NCBI GenBank assembly: GCA_048882045.1
Contig: JBHLRZ010000014.1
Coordinates: forward strand, 18,708-82,707
Source of the DNA: Candidatus Thorarchaeota archaeon
GTDB taxonomy: Archaea > Asgardarchaeota > Thorarchaeia > Thorarchaeales > Thorarchaeaceae
DNA length: 64,000 nucleotides
Direction of reading: 5' to 3'
The notes beneath the pieces were generated by a model. That model was not told the origin of the DNA, ran no database searches, and saw only the letters and a program-made list of their open reading frames with translations. The stretch's first letter is position 1, and the number at the start of each line of letters is the position of its first letter. Shown piece after piece: positions 1 through 9,541 of the stretch. A program made the position numbers and the translations under genes.

Positions 1-149
1 AGAAAGTTTGAGCAAAGACGGTTGTAGGTCGATGAAATAGTGACGAATTATGGTTTCGCGCGTTTCACCGAGTTCACATGAATGACCAGAAAGTTGGAGA
101 AAAACTAGATTAAGTGGTCAGAGTCCTGCACTAGTAAGGAGATTGCAAA

Positions 150-773
150 ATGCCAACATATCTCAGAGCGAGAACCCCTCTTGATGGCTGGACTCGAATT
201 GTCAGGAAGATCATGCAGGCAGGGATGACACGAGTCGATGAGAGAGAGAGTGAAACTCGTTGGCTAGAGAACGTTATGATTCACATCTCAAATCCATACA
301 GTGATAGGGTCAGTGACAAGTATCCATTCAGTGAGGAAGTGCTCCGTGACAAATATGCCACTCAGTTACTCAATCCAGATAGAATGGATTTTGATTACAC
401 GTACGGAGAGAGACTTAATGCCTGGGGAGAAGAAACGCTTAATCAGATCGACTATGTGATTAAAAAGTTAGTAGAGAGTCCGCATTCAAGAAGGGCAGTT
501 GCTACAACCTGGGATCCAAGAAAGGACACGATTGTCGATGAGGTCCCTTGCCTTAACCACTTCGTATTCATGATGCGAGAGGGGTTTCTCGACATCTCTG
601 TGATGATTCGCTCAAATGACATGTATGGGGCATGGCCTGCCAACGTGTATGCACTTGGTGAGTTACTGACGTACGTTTCTGACAAGACGCGACTCAAACC
701 AGGAACCATCACCACCTTGTCAGTCAATGCCCATATCTATCGACATGATTGGGAAAAGGCCCATAAAGTTTAA
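150..773 (+). CDS. thyA: Thymidylate synthase, archaeal short ThyA type
   Basis: Motifs YTYGERL, SRRAVATTW, catalytic PCL, RSNDM..AWPAN, AHIY; GGAG ribosome-binding site upstream. Confidence 0.9.
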   Translation: MPTYLRARTPLDGWTRIVRKIMQAGMTRVDERESETRWLENVMIHISNPYSDRVSDKYPFSEEVLRDKYATQLLNPDRMDFDYTYGERLNAWGEETLNQIDYVIKKLVESPHSRRAVATTWDPRKDTIVDEVPCLNHFVFMMREGFLDISVMIRSNDMYGAWPANVYALGELLTYVSDKTRLKPGTITTLSVNAHIYRHDWEKAHKV

Positions 774-866
774 TCCGGTTCATTCATATAGACCTTTAAC
801 TCGGAAGGCATCAAATGGTTTCATTTAGTATCTTTAGGCACAACGAATGCAGCGGAGTGAAACTAT

Positions 867-1472
867 ATGGACGACGTTGATAAAAAGCTGATTTCCATAC
901 TCCAGGAAGATGGTAGGAAGAGTCTCTCAGACATCGGGAAGGAATTGAAGATGTCTCATGTAGCAGTGAGTAAGAGACTTGACAAACTTGTAAAGAAAGA
1001 GAAGTTGGTCAAGGTAACTGCAGGTGTGCATTCAGAATACCTAAATACGAAGATATTCTTCATGGCACTTGAAACCGAGGATATGGATGTAGCCGAGCGT
1101 ATTCAAGAGGAATACAAGAATTGTCCAAGACTTCTCATGTTTGCACCAGTGACAGGGAGATACAACATATTCGCGGTAATGGTTGCAGAAGACACATGGA
1201 GCCTCGAATCGGTCATTGGGACATGTAGTATGAGAACTGAACCAGGTGTGCGAAGATCAGAGAGTTGGTTCGGAAACGCTCCATCATATCCAAAATTCAT
1301 CCAACTGAACCTAGCCCCAAGTAATGCAGGATCTGACACATCACCATGTGGTAGGAAATGTGGATCGTGTAAGAGATATTTAGCAGACAAGTGTCTGGGT
1401 TGTCCATCTACAAACGCCTACAAGGGTACACTATGGGCATCACCTTCTAAGAAGAAAAAGAGCAAGAGTTAA
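867..1472 (+). CDS. Lrp/AsnC-family transcription regulator with C-terminal Cys-rich (metal/Fe-S) domain
   Basis: N-terminal MDDVDKKLISILQEDGRKSLSDIGKEL HTH; RAM-like domain (VTGRYNIF); C-terminal CGRKCGSC-x7-CLGC. Confidence 0.85.
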   Translation: MDDVDKKLISILQEDGRKSLSDIGKELKMSHVAVSKRLDKLVKKEKLVKVTAGVHSEYLNTKIFFMALETEDMDVAERIQEEYKNCPRLLMFAPVTGRYNIFAVMVAEDTWSLESVIGTCSMRTEPGVRRSESWFGNAPSYPKFIQLNLAPSNAGSDTSPCGRKCGSCKRYLADKCLGCPSTNAYKGTLWASPSKKKKSKS

Positions 1473-1506
1473 CTCTGGTTATGATGTGAACAACCACGTG
1501 AGACCA

Positions 1507-2076
1507 ATGAGTGACGTCTTCATTCATCCACTTGCTGCTGTTGACGAAGGAGCCAAGATAGGAAAAGGTACGAGAATTTGGCACTTTGCGCATGTGAGGG
1601 GAACTGCTACGATTGGGGAGAATTGCAACATCGGCAAGGATGTCTATATCGATGCAGATGTCGTGATAGGTAACAATGTCAAGATTCAGAATGGCGTTTC
1701 AGTGTATAAGGGCGTGACTATTGAGGATGATGTGTTTTGTGGACCTCACATGACATTCACAAACGATCTGTATCCTCGAGCTTTTGGAGATTCATTCGAA
1801 ATCTCTGACACCCTCGTCAAGAAAGGTGCATCAATAGGTGCACATGCAACAATCATCTGCAATACAACATTAGGAGAATACTGCATGATTGGGAGTGGAG
1901 CTGTTGTTACAAGAGACGTTCCAGATCATGGGCTTGTTGTTGGCAACCCAGCAAGACTTGTTGGATATGTCTGTCTATGCGGACATCCACTGAGTGATGT
2001 AGTTGAGAGAGATGACAATTCAGTAACGATGCGATGTACCAATTGCAAGTCAGAAATTAAGATATCAAAAGATTGA
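1507..2076 (+). CDS. Hexapeptide-repeat N-acetyltransferase (WbpD/WlbB-like) with C-terminal zinc ribbon
   Basis: IHPLAAVDEGAKIGKGTRIWHF, FTND.YPR, VVGNPAR; CLCG...CTNC; ATG 1507 preferred over GTG 1486. Confidence 0.85.
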   Translation: MSDVFIHPLAAVDEGAKIGKGTRIWHFAHVRGTATIGENCNIGKDVYIDADVVIGNNVKIQNGVSVYKGVTIEDDVFCGPHMTFTNDLYPRAFGDSFEISDTLVKKGASIGAHATIICNTTLGEYCMIGSGAVVTRDVPDHGLVVGNPARLVGYVCLCGHPLSDVVERDDNSVTMRCTNCKSEIKISKD

Positions 2077-2093
2077 GAGGAGAGTAGTCTCCA

Positions 2094-4190
2094 TTGTCCC
2101 ACCTGTACAAGAAATTCGTGAAGGAGAGAGTGACAGACCTAGTCAGTCAGAAGAAGAACATCAGAAATGTCACTATCATCGCTCACATTGATCATGGAAA
2201 AACAACACTCAGTGATTCACTGATAGCAGCCTCAGGACTTCTTTCCAAGGATGTTGCTGCTGTAGCAAGATTGTTGGACTACGATCTTATCGAACAGCAA
2301 AGAGGGATCACTATCAAAGCATCTGGCATCTCTTTGGTGCATTCCTACAACAACTCAGAATATCTGATCAATCTTGTCGATACTCCAGGTCACATCGACT
2401 TCTCAAGCCATGTGACCAGAGGATTGAGACTGACTGATGGAGCAGTAATAGTTGTTGACGCAATCGAAGGGATTATGGTTCAGACTGAAACCGTAACAAG
2501 ACAAGCAATGATGGAGCTTGTCAGACCAGTACTTTTTGTGAACAAGGTTGATCGATTGTTTAGGGAAAGGAAACTTTCAGCCCGAAAGACTGCAGTGGAG
2601 ATTAACAAAGTCGTACGAGAATTCAATGCTATGCTGGGCAAATATCTCGATGATGAGCTTCTGGAGCAATGGGAAGTATCATTCAGTAAAGGTTCACTCT
2701 CAGTTGGGTCCGCGCTGGACAAATGGGGACTTGACATCACTTCTCTGAAAAAAGAGAGTGGAGGAAAAGATGACGCTTCAGCTCTTGCTAATGCATTTCT
2801 CCAAATTCTTGAAGATATCGAAGAAGCTTATGGGACCGATAGAAGAAAGGAACTTGCCAACAGGCATCCAGTTTCAAGAGTCGTCTTGGATTCAGTGATC
2901 AGAGTCCTTCCAGACCCACAGGTAGCTCAGTCCTACAGAATCCCATCATTTTGGGAGGGAAATCTTGAGTCTCAGTTTGGTAAGAATCTACTGAACTGCA
3001 GTGATGATGGACCTTGCGTGTGCATGGTAGGCGAAGTGCAACCAGATAGACATGCATCAACTGTAGCTGCGGTTAGAGTGTTCTCAGGAGTTCTGAAGAG
3101 GGCTGAGCCTCTGATCAATCTAAGAACCAATGAAGAACGGAAGTCGTTACAAATCGGTCTGTATATGTCAAAGACGAGAGTTGATCTCCCATCAGTTCCA
3201 GCAGGAAATCTTGCGTTCATTTCTGGATTGAGGAATGTTGCCGTTGGTGATACGCTTGTGGGAAAGAAGGTCAAAGGATCTCAACCAATTAGTGGTCTGC
3301 AATATCCGACAGAACCAGTTGTCACCTACACTATAGAACCAAAAAATCTCTCAGAGCTTGGTAATATCCAACAACCAATCGAAGAGTACGTAAGCACTGA
3401 TCCAGCACTAGAATTCGAGGTCAATCCTGAAACAGGGGAAATGCTCATTTCTGGAGCAGGTGAGCTCCACATCGAAATCACTGTTGAAAAACTTGCAAGA
3501 CAAGGTGTGGAAATCCAACTGGGAAAACCAATGGTACTCTTGAGGGAGCAGATGACAAAGGATGGGAAACAGTCCACGGGTGGGACAGATGACACTAGCA
3601 CCTTTTCCCTTCGTGTGTTGATTGCTTCTGATGAAACCTCTCCAGAGAGTTTTGGTACAGTTCTAGCAACTGATCCGGGATCATCAAGCTGGATGGTAGA
3701 CGCATCATCACATCTCAATCCATTCAGTGATGAGATGGACTGGATCAGAGACGCATTCACCAGTGTACTCAGAAATGGCGTGACAAGTGGAGAGAGAATG
3801 CGAAGAATAGGAATAGTCATCGAATCAGTGAAGATCAAAACAGAAGCACCTGAAACATCATGGAGAGATATCACCCAACCACTACTTGAGGCAATTCGTG
3901 CTAGTGTAAAATCCGGAAAGCCAGTAGTCTTAGAGCCTTGGATCCACCTTGAGATCAGCTCTCCCGAGGAGTATGTTGGAGCAGTCACAGCCATCTTATC
4001 CAAGCGGAAAGGACATGTCTTCGAAATCGATTCTGAACGCTCACTCTACCGAATAGAAGCAGAGATTCCAGTTAGAGAATCTTTTGGATTAGCTAATGAG
4101 ATTCGTACCGCTACTTCTGGTTGGGTCACATGGGGAGCAGAGAAAGGCGGATTTCGAGATGTCAAAGATCCTGAACATAGGTTTGAATAG
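2094..4190 (+). CDS. Translation elongation factor EF-2 paralog, divergent, lacking the diphthamide loop
   Basis: AHIDHGKTT, RGITI, DTPGH, NKVD; domain III GAGELH; domain V LEP...ESFG..EIRTATSG; domain IV short with no H-x4-HRG loop. Confidence 0.85.
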   Translation: MSHLYKKFVKERVTDLVSQKKNIRNVTIIAHIDHGKTTLSDSLIAASGLLSKDVAAVARLLDYDLIEQQRGITIKASGISLVHSYNNSEYLINLVDTPGHIDFSSHVTRGLRLTDGAVIVVDAIEGIMVQTETVTRQAMMELVRPVLFVNKVDRLFRERKLSARKTAVEINKVVREFNAMLGKYLDDELLEQWEVSFSKGSLSVGSALDKWGLDITSLKKESGGKDDASALANAFLQILEDIEEAYGTDRRKELANRHPVSRVVLDSVIRVLPDPQVAQSYRIPSFWEGNLESQFGKNLLNCSDDGPCVCMVGEVQPDRHASTVAAVRVFSGVLKRAEPLINLRTNEERKSLQIGLYMSKTRVDLPSVPAGNLAFISGLRNVAVGDTLVGKKVKGSQPISGLQYPTEPVVTYTIEPKNLSELGNIQQPIEEYVSTDPALEFEVNPETGEMLISGAGELHIEITVEKLARQGVEIQLGKPMVLLREQMTKDGKQSTGGTDDTSTFSLRVLIASDETSPESFGTVLATDPGSSSWMVDASSHLNPFSDEMDWIRDAFTSVLRNGVTSGERMRRIGIVIESVKIKTEAPETSWRDITQPLLEAIRASVKSGKPVVLEPWIHLEISSPEEYVGAVTAILSKRKGHVFEIDSERSLYRIEAEIPVRESFGLANEIRTATSGWVTWGAEKGGFRDVKDPEHRFE

Positions 4191-4197
4191 ACACAAA

Positions 4198-6516
4198 TTA
4201 TCTTCGTAGGTAGAACCTTCGGTTCATCACATCGCCCAATAATGAGAGAACTCTACGATCGACAAGAGAAATGCTGTCCATCATTCTCAGAGCCCGTGTT
4301 ACATTGGAGAAAACTGCATTGAGATAGGGTTGAGCATCTACCATTTCAGACTGCTCTACCATCTGGAGATAGGAGTTCGCAATCTTGATGAGTCCAAGCC
4401 AATCCTCTGCGAGAAGGAAATTGTATTGACTCTCGTCGAACGATGGCGGTGAACCTTGGAATCTGACACGGTCTATATACGCGGCATATTGGTTTTCAAG
4501 GGCGAAGGAAAACCGACGGAGTACTTGAGACAACATTGCGGAGGTGGCTTTAATGAACTCGGTAGACTCAACGAAATCAGTTTCTGTGGTTACAACATCA
4601 CCAAATGCAATAGCAGCACCATAGAATCCTGTTGCCAACTCTGAGTAATCCTTGTTGTCATAGAATGCCCGAAGAGTCTGAACCAAGTACGTCTGTCCAA
4701 GCCAGTATTGTGCAAGTAATGCATCCGTGTTGAGAACCCCGTCATCTACGGGAGGCTGAATGCGTCCTCCAACCTCTAGACTGAGTGCATCGAGATTTTT
4801 CTTTGACGTCGAGAGTGCTGCAAACAGACCTGCCACATTTGCAAGTGGAGAATCACTCTGGCTCATCCGTTTCGATCTTTCGAGTAATGATGACCAAGAT
4901 TTTGCTAGGTATGGAACGACAATGGATACTCCATGGATGAACATTGACTCCTGTTCAGCAACTGCGTCTTCCAACATGCGATCAACATCGTCCAGAAGAC
5001 GTAACAATCGTAGAGGAATATCGCCTCCGTGTCGAGAGATTAACCAGACAACATCATAGGTCGCGATAGCCACTTCGATGAAAGCTCGAGGGTCTGTTGT
5101 AAACAAAGGCAGATACTGAACCAGGATTTCTCTCAACCCATCTCGAGAGTCTATGTCAGCACGTTCAGAAATCCTCATCTGTGATAGAGCGAGCCCCATC
5201 TCTGCCCCTAAGAGGGCTAGTTCCGAAATCCTTCCTTCGTCGAGGTGGTTTCTTCTCAATATAATTGCACGCTTGAAGGATTCAATACCAGTTGGCCAGA
5301 ATTCATCACATTCGGTACTTAGACACAACCAGCCTATTGCAGTTTCAGTTTCAGCCATTTCAAGGTCAAAATCAGGATTTGTTTCTTCCAATTCAAGAAG
5401 TGTTGCCTTGGCATGGTTTAGGAGATCAAGTGATTTAGTCATATTCTCGTGATCGCCAAGAAGTCCGTATGCAAATCCTAGAGCTGTGAGGGCTCTGTAA
5501 ACGTGGATATTTTGTTCAGGCGTTTTTTCATCGATACTGTTATAGATCCGGAGTCCTAATTCGAGTCTTTCGATGGCCTGAGGAACTCCTTCTCGCCATC
5601 CGTTAGCAAGAATGCTTGAGCCAATGATTACATGGGCCAGTCCAACCTCGTCCTTACTGACCAGACCAGCCTTGTGAGCAATGTCAAACAGCTCTGCAGC
5701 CTTATCTCCAGTCTTCCGCGCTTGTTCATGAGCAACAGTTTCATCACGAGTATTATTAACACCCAGCAGAAGGTTAACATGAGCTAGACTGACTTGGTCA
5801 GCGTTCTTTCGTGCAACCTTTTCTAGCTCTTTCAAGATTGCGCGAGATTCATTGTAATAGGCCAATTCAGTGAGAACACTTGCATAGTCGAAAGACACTT
5901 CGAAGGAGAAATTATCCATCCTCATTTCTTTGCTTATCTCTCTTAGTCTGTTTAGAAGAAGTTCAGCACCTACATAGAAGCCGACCTCAATCAAAATCCA
6001 ACTGAGGTTATGAACTTCATAGACTGCGAGATGAGATGTGCCAGCATGGCGTCTGTCATAGATTGCATTGAGGGTCATTAAGACCTCGTCGGCTAGGAAT
6101 GGTAGAAGTGGACGAAGATTGAGACGAATAGCTGAACTCAAGGCTTGAGCAAGTTCCCCAAGAATGTCAATTAGATTGGGGATAGCAGCAATATCTGGTT
6201 GAAGTTCACATTCAGCCCGTCGATGACTGCTAGTATATCTCGTGTCCAAGAGTAGTAACATCTCGGGTATTGTACGCTCTTGATGGAAGGACAAGCGTAT
6301 TGCTAGTTCAGTGAGCTTAGCACTTGCTAGTCCCGGTCTTCTGAGAATGATCTCTTCTATAGACCTTGCAATGTCAAAGAGGATGTTCGATTCATCAACA
6401 TCGTTGAATGGAATATTCTGGACAGCTGAAAGTCCATCATCAAGAGACAGATTTGCGCAGAGAATGTCTCTCAATGTAACAATCAACTGTGCCTGCAAAC
6501 GAGTATCTCCTCTCAT
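4198..6516 (-). CDS. Large all-alpha (TPR-like solenoid) hypothetical protein
   Basis: 772-aa Leu/Ala-rich ORF with repeated A..LG..Y and A..E.AIG helical-repeat-like segments; co-oriented directly downstream of the KaiC pair. Confidence 0.6.
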   Translation of the reverse strand: MRGDTRLQAQLIVTLRDILCANLSLDDGLSAVQNIPFNDVDESNILFDIARSIEEIILRRPGLASAKLTELAIRLSFHQERTIPEMLLLLDTRYTSSHRRAECELQPDIAAIPNLIDILGELAQALSSAIRLNLRPLLPFLADEVLMTLNAIYDRRHAGTSHLAVYEVHNLSWILIEVGFYVGAELLLNRLREISKEMRMDNFSFEVSFDYASVLTELAYYNESRAILKELEKVARKNADQVSLAHVNLLLGVNNTRDETVAHEQARKTGDKAAELFDIAHKAGLVSKDEVGLAHVIIGSSILANGWREGVPQAIERLELGLRIYNSIDEKTPEQNIHVYRALTALGFAYGLLGDHENMTKSLDLLNHAKATLLELEETNPDFDLEMAETETAIGWLCLSTECDEFWPTGIESFKRAIILRRNHLDEGRISELALLGAEMGLALSQMRISERADIDSRDGLREILVQYLPLFTTDPRAFIEVAIATYDVVWLISRHGGDIPLRLLRLLDDVDRMLEDAVAEQESMFIHGVSIVVPYLAKSWSSLLERSKRMSQSDSPLANVAGLFAALSTSKKNLDALSLEVGGRIQPPVDDGVLNTDALLAQYWLGQTYLVQTLRAFYDNKDYSELATGFYGAAIAFGDVVTTETDFVESTEFIKATSAMLSQVLRRFSFALENQYAAYIDRVRFQGSPPSFDESQYNFLLAEDWLGLIKIANSYLQMVEQSEMVDAQPYLNAVFSNVTRALRMMDSISLVDRRVLSLLGDVMNRRFYLRR

Positions 6517-6559
6517 CGAGAAGCAGGGTTTGGTGTTTTAAAACTTTCACAGAAAACTC

Positions 6560-7282
6560 CTATCGCTCAATTACAAAGTCATGCCATTCTCTAGAGGTGT
6601 CTGTACCTCTCATACGTTCCATTCTTATCTGGTGAATTGGTAGGTTTCCACGATCGTCAAGTCTGAAACGAAGTACAGCATCAGCAAGATAGGAAAATGT
6701 GGCATAGGTCTTTTCGTCATGAACACCCTCTTCCAGAACATACATGATGCTGTGGGAACTTTGAGTTATCCTTCCACTTAAACGCTGCACAGCCCTTGGC
6801 ATTGTGACAGGATTGGAGTGTAGAATCAATGTGGAGAGACTGTCAATTACGACCCTAGCAACAACGAGATCCTCAAGAACTTCTGAAAGAACTATGCCAA
6901 GCTCGCTTATGTCATCTACCTTTGCTAGTGAACGAGCACTGCTTGTCTTGGGAGCACCCATCCTCTCAGAATATCCATCGATAAAGATGAATTTCCCAGA
7001 TGCTTCCTGTTCTTCGATTGTCCATCCATGACGACTCATATCATTCCTAATAACGCGAGGAGAAACATCTGTTGTGACAAAGACTGCTGGAAATCCTAAT
7101 GCGATTCCTTCAGCGAGGAATGCCTCAGCATAGGTTGATTTTCCACTACCAAGTGGTCCGACGAGTAAATAGGAAACTTGTGTAAGCTGACCAAACTTCA
7201 CAAGGTCACTAATCATTGGACTAGCTCTGGCAGGCTGCAATTCCGCTGAGTCCAATTTTTCGGCCACCTTTTCGCCCCACAT
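6560..7282 (-). CDS. Single-domain KaiC/RAD55-family ATPase, partly degenerate
   Basis: Walker A GPLGSGKS, VVIDSLS, YLADAVL, ERMRG; VTTDV replaces the catalytic EE motif. Confidence 0.85.
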   Translation of the reverse strand: MWGEKVAEKLDSAELQPARASPMISDLVKFGQLTQVSYLLVGPLGSGKSTYAEAFLAEGIALGFPAVFVTTDVSPRVIRNDMSRHGWTIEEQEASGKFIFIDGYSERMGAPKTSSARSLAKVDDISELGIVLSEVLEDLVVARVVIDSLSTLILHSNPVTMPRAVQRLSGRITQSSHSIMYVLEEGVHDEKTYATFSYLADAVLRFRLDDRGNLPIHQIRMERMRGTDTSREWHDFVIER

Positions 7283-7289
7283 TTCTTGT

Positions 7290-8036
7290 TTAATGCCCTG
7301 GACTTATTTCTCCAGGCCAGACTCGGATGCCTTCGTCAGTAATCCTCATAGAGTGAATCCGTGAGCTGTGTTTTGAACCCCTTAATTTGAGGACCTCTAT
7401 TGACCTAGAACGTGACGTGTCCGAAATCTTCTCGTTATAGAGTACAATAACACCTGATGCTAAGAAGGCTTCGATATCAAAGACACCCAGGCCCTGATCC
7501 TGGGCAGGAATTTCACTCGTGAGTAGAAGAGTGCAACCGGTCCTTGTGAGGTTGGCGGTCAGTTTGAAGAACTCCTCTCGAAGAATATCACGACTCTTGA
7601 ACTTGTACGCCATGATTGAGAGAGTATCAAGTACAATCCGTTTCGCCTTAATCTTGTTGACATGGTTCATTATGATGGCTTCCAGTCCTGAAAGATCGAA
7701 ACTAGGATATTCACCAATTGTGACAGGAGTGATTTCTTTTGATGGAGAGAGATCTACGATTGAGATCTTCTTTTCCTTCACAAGCTTCTCCAGATCCATT
7801 CCAAACTGAAGCATGTTTCTCTTGATGAGATGAGGGGGTTCTTCCAGAGTGACAAACACCCCTGGTTCATTATATTCGACAGCACCTTTGTAGATGAACT
7901 GGGTAGCGAGTATACTCTTTCCAGTACCAGCCTTACCTGCAATGAGAATTGTGTCTCCTCTGGGAAATCCTCCCTCTGTCAGCTCATCTAAGCCGGGGAT
8001 ACCTGTCTTAACTCGGTCAATTATGTGGTCGCTCAT
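7290..8036 (-). CDS. Single-domain KaiC-family ATPase
   Basis: KTGIPGLDELTEGGFP, GKAGTGKS, FVTLEE, IVLDTLS, EVLKLRG. Confidence 0.92.
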   Translation of the reverse strand: MSDHIIDRVKTGIPGLDELTEGGFPRGDTILIAGKAGTGKSILATQFIYKGAVEYNEPGVFVTLEEPPHLIKRNMLQFGMDLEKLVKEKKISIVDLSPSKEITPVTIGEYPSFDLSGLEAIIMNHVNKIKAKRIVLDTLSIMAYKFKSRDILREEFFKLTANLTRTGCTLLLTSEIPAQDQGLGVFDIEAFLASGVIVLYNEKISDTSRSRSIEVLKLRGSKHSSRIHSMRITDEGIRVWPGEISPGH

Positions 8037-8362
8037 TTTGACACACCTTTCTTCTTTGTCTTAACTCCAGCACCAAGTACCATCTTCATCAGCATGTCCG
8101 GTTCAGGGATACCGGTCACTGACACTCCACCAATCATAACAGTAGGCAGAGCGAATATGCCATACTCCTCTGCAGCCTCAGGATTCTCTGATACGTTGAC
8201 GATTCTAAGATGGAAACTAGATGAACCAAAGTCTTCTATCGTTTCTCGTACCACTTCTTCAGCACGCGGACAAAATGCACATGAGTCGGATTTGAACAAG
8301 ACTACTTCAATGACATCATCATCCTTTTTTGATGACTTCCGACGCTTTTTCTTATCCGCCAA
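8033..8362 (-). CDS. Thioredoxin-fold protein (CAFC), KaiB-like C-terminal half
   Basis: CAFCP; IVNVSENPEAAEEYGIFALPTV (cis-Pro loop); 4-bp overlap with the downstream kaiC. Confidence 0.85.
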   Translation of the reverse strand: MADKKKRRKSSKKDDDVIEVVLFKSDSCAFCPRAEEVVRETIEDFGSSSFHLRIVNVSENPEAAEEYGIFALPTVMIGGVSVTGIPEPDMLMKMVLGAGVKTKKKGVSK

Positions 8363-8476
8363 ATGGTCGCACTCCTGGTTTGAGAAACGGCATGGTTCAA
8401 AACGATGTTTGTCACTTGAATGTTTTGAGGGTATCGAGTTTCCGTAAAAATTGCAGTTTGTTATATCTAGATATTA

Positions 8477-8869
8477 TCAAGCTCGCATCAGGCGACGAAT
8501 CATTGTAGCTGCCTTTCCGATGGGTCTGGAGTGATATCGTACACCTTTTGGCATCACAGCTGCTAGAATCAACGCTCCTGAACCCTTGCCAATCTTTTTG
8601 AAAACAGCTTTGCCTTCTGTGCACCTCAGACTGATATCTCGAATCTCTCCAAGCATGAGTTCCTTCCTGACTCGTTCAGCTGAGTCAGCAATGAAACTAG
8701 ACACTGCAGCTACCACATCCTTGTCAGTGCCTGATGAAACAGCAGAGGCAATTGAGAGACCATCATTTCTGACAAGGGAGGACAATGTGAATCCACCTTC
8801 CTTGTTCATACTCGAAAGGATTTTCGGAAGAGCGGTATAGTCAGGTCGTTGCATTGTGATGCGCTCCAT
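8477..8869 (-). CDS. Roadblock/LC7 (MglB-like) domain protein
   Basis: LVRNDGLSIAS...DVVAAVSS...AERVRKELMLGEI pattern; 130 aa. Confidence 0.85.
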   Translation of the reverse strand: MERITMQRPDYTALPKILSSMNKEGGFTLSSLVRNDGLSIASAVSSGTDKDVVAAVSSFIADSAERVRKELMLGEIRDISLRCTEGKAVFKKIGKGSGALILAAVMPKGVRYHSRPIGKAATMIRRLMRA

Positions 8870-8989
8870 CGAACCAGCGGTCTATCATCGAGTTATTGGG
8901 TTCCCTAATAAACCATCTGAAACTTCGTCCAACGACAGTAGAGATTTAAATGACCCTGCTCCACGCTTTAGAATACGGAGTCATTTGGG

Positions 8990-9538
8990 TTGACAGCTGA
9001 GTACCGTTTCAAGATAGTTATGTTAGGGGACGGTGCAGTAGGCAAGACAGCTATGACCACTCGTTTCACTCAGAACTTCTTTGAACAGGACTATAAACGG
9101 ACCATCGGAAGTGATTTCGCCATCAAACGTCTGGAAATCCCCGACATCGAAGCTATGGTGACACTACAGGTATGGGATTTGGCAGGACAGCCAAGGTTTG
9201 AGTCTGTAAGACAAGGCTTCTATCGTGGGGCTAGAGGAGGACTCCTCCTCTATGATGTGACAAGACGTCGTACATTCCTAAATGTAGATCGCTGGAAAGA
9301 GGAAGCCTTTAGCAACCTCCCCAAGGAGATACCTCTTGTCCTAGTAGCTAACAAGGTGGACCTAGATGAGAGTAGAGTGATTCCAATTGAGGAGGGTGAA
9401 GAATACGCTGAGGAGAATGGATTCCTCTATGTTGAATCAAGTGCCCTTACTGGAGAGAATGTCGAAGAAGCCTATACAACTCTCTGCAAGATAATGATAG
9501 AGGAATCAAAGAGCAGTTCAGAGAACAAAATCGTATAA
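8990..9538 (+). CDS. Rab-like small GTPase
   Basis: GDGAVGKT, TIGSDF, LQVWDLAGQPRF, FYRGARG, LLYDVT, NKVD, ESSA; no C-terminal prenylation cysteines. Confidence 0.95.
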   Translation: MTAEYRFKIVMLGDGAVGKTAMTTRFTQNFFEQDYKRTIGSDFAIKRLEIPDIEAMVTLQVWDLAGQPRFESVRQGFYRGARGGLLLYDVTRRRTFLNVDRWKEEAFSNLPKEIPLVLVANKVDLDESRVIPIEEGEEYAEENGFLYVESSALTGENVEEAYTTLCKIMIEESKSSSENKIV

Positions 9539-9541
9539 TCC

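Noticed and set aside
6560-8362. Bona fide KaiABC circadian clock
   Set aside because: No kaiA; KaiCs are single-domain without the ST phosphosite pair; the partner retains a redox CxxC
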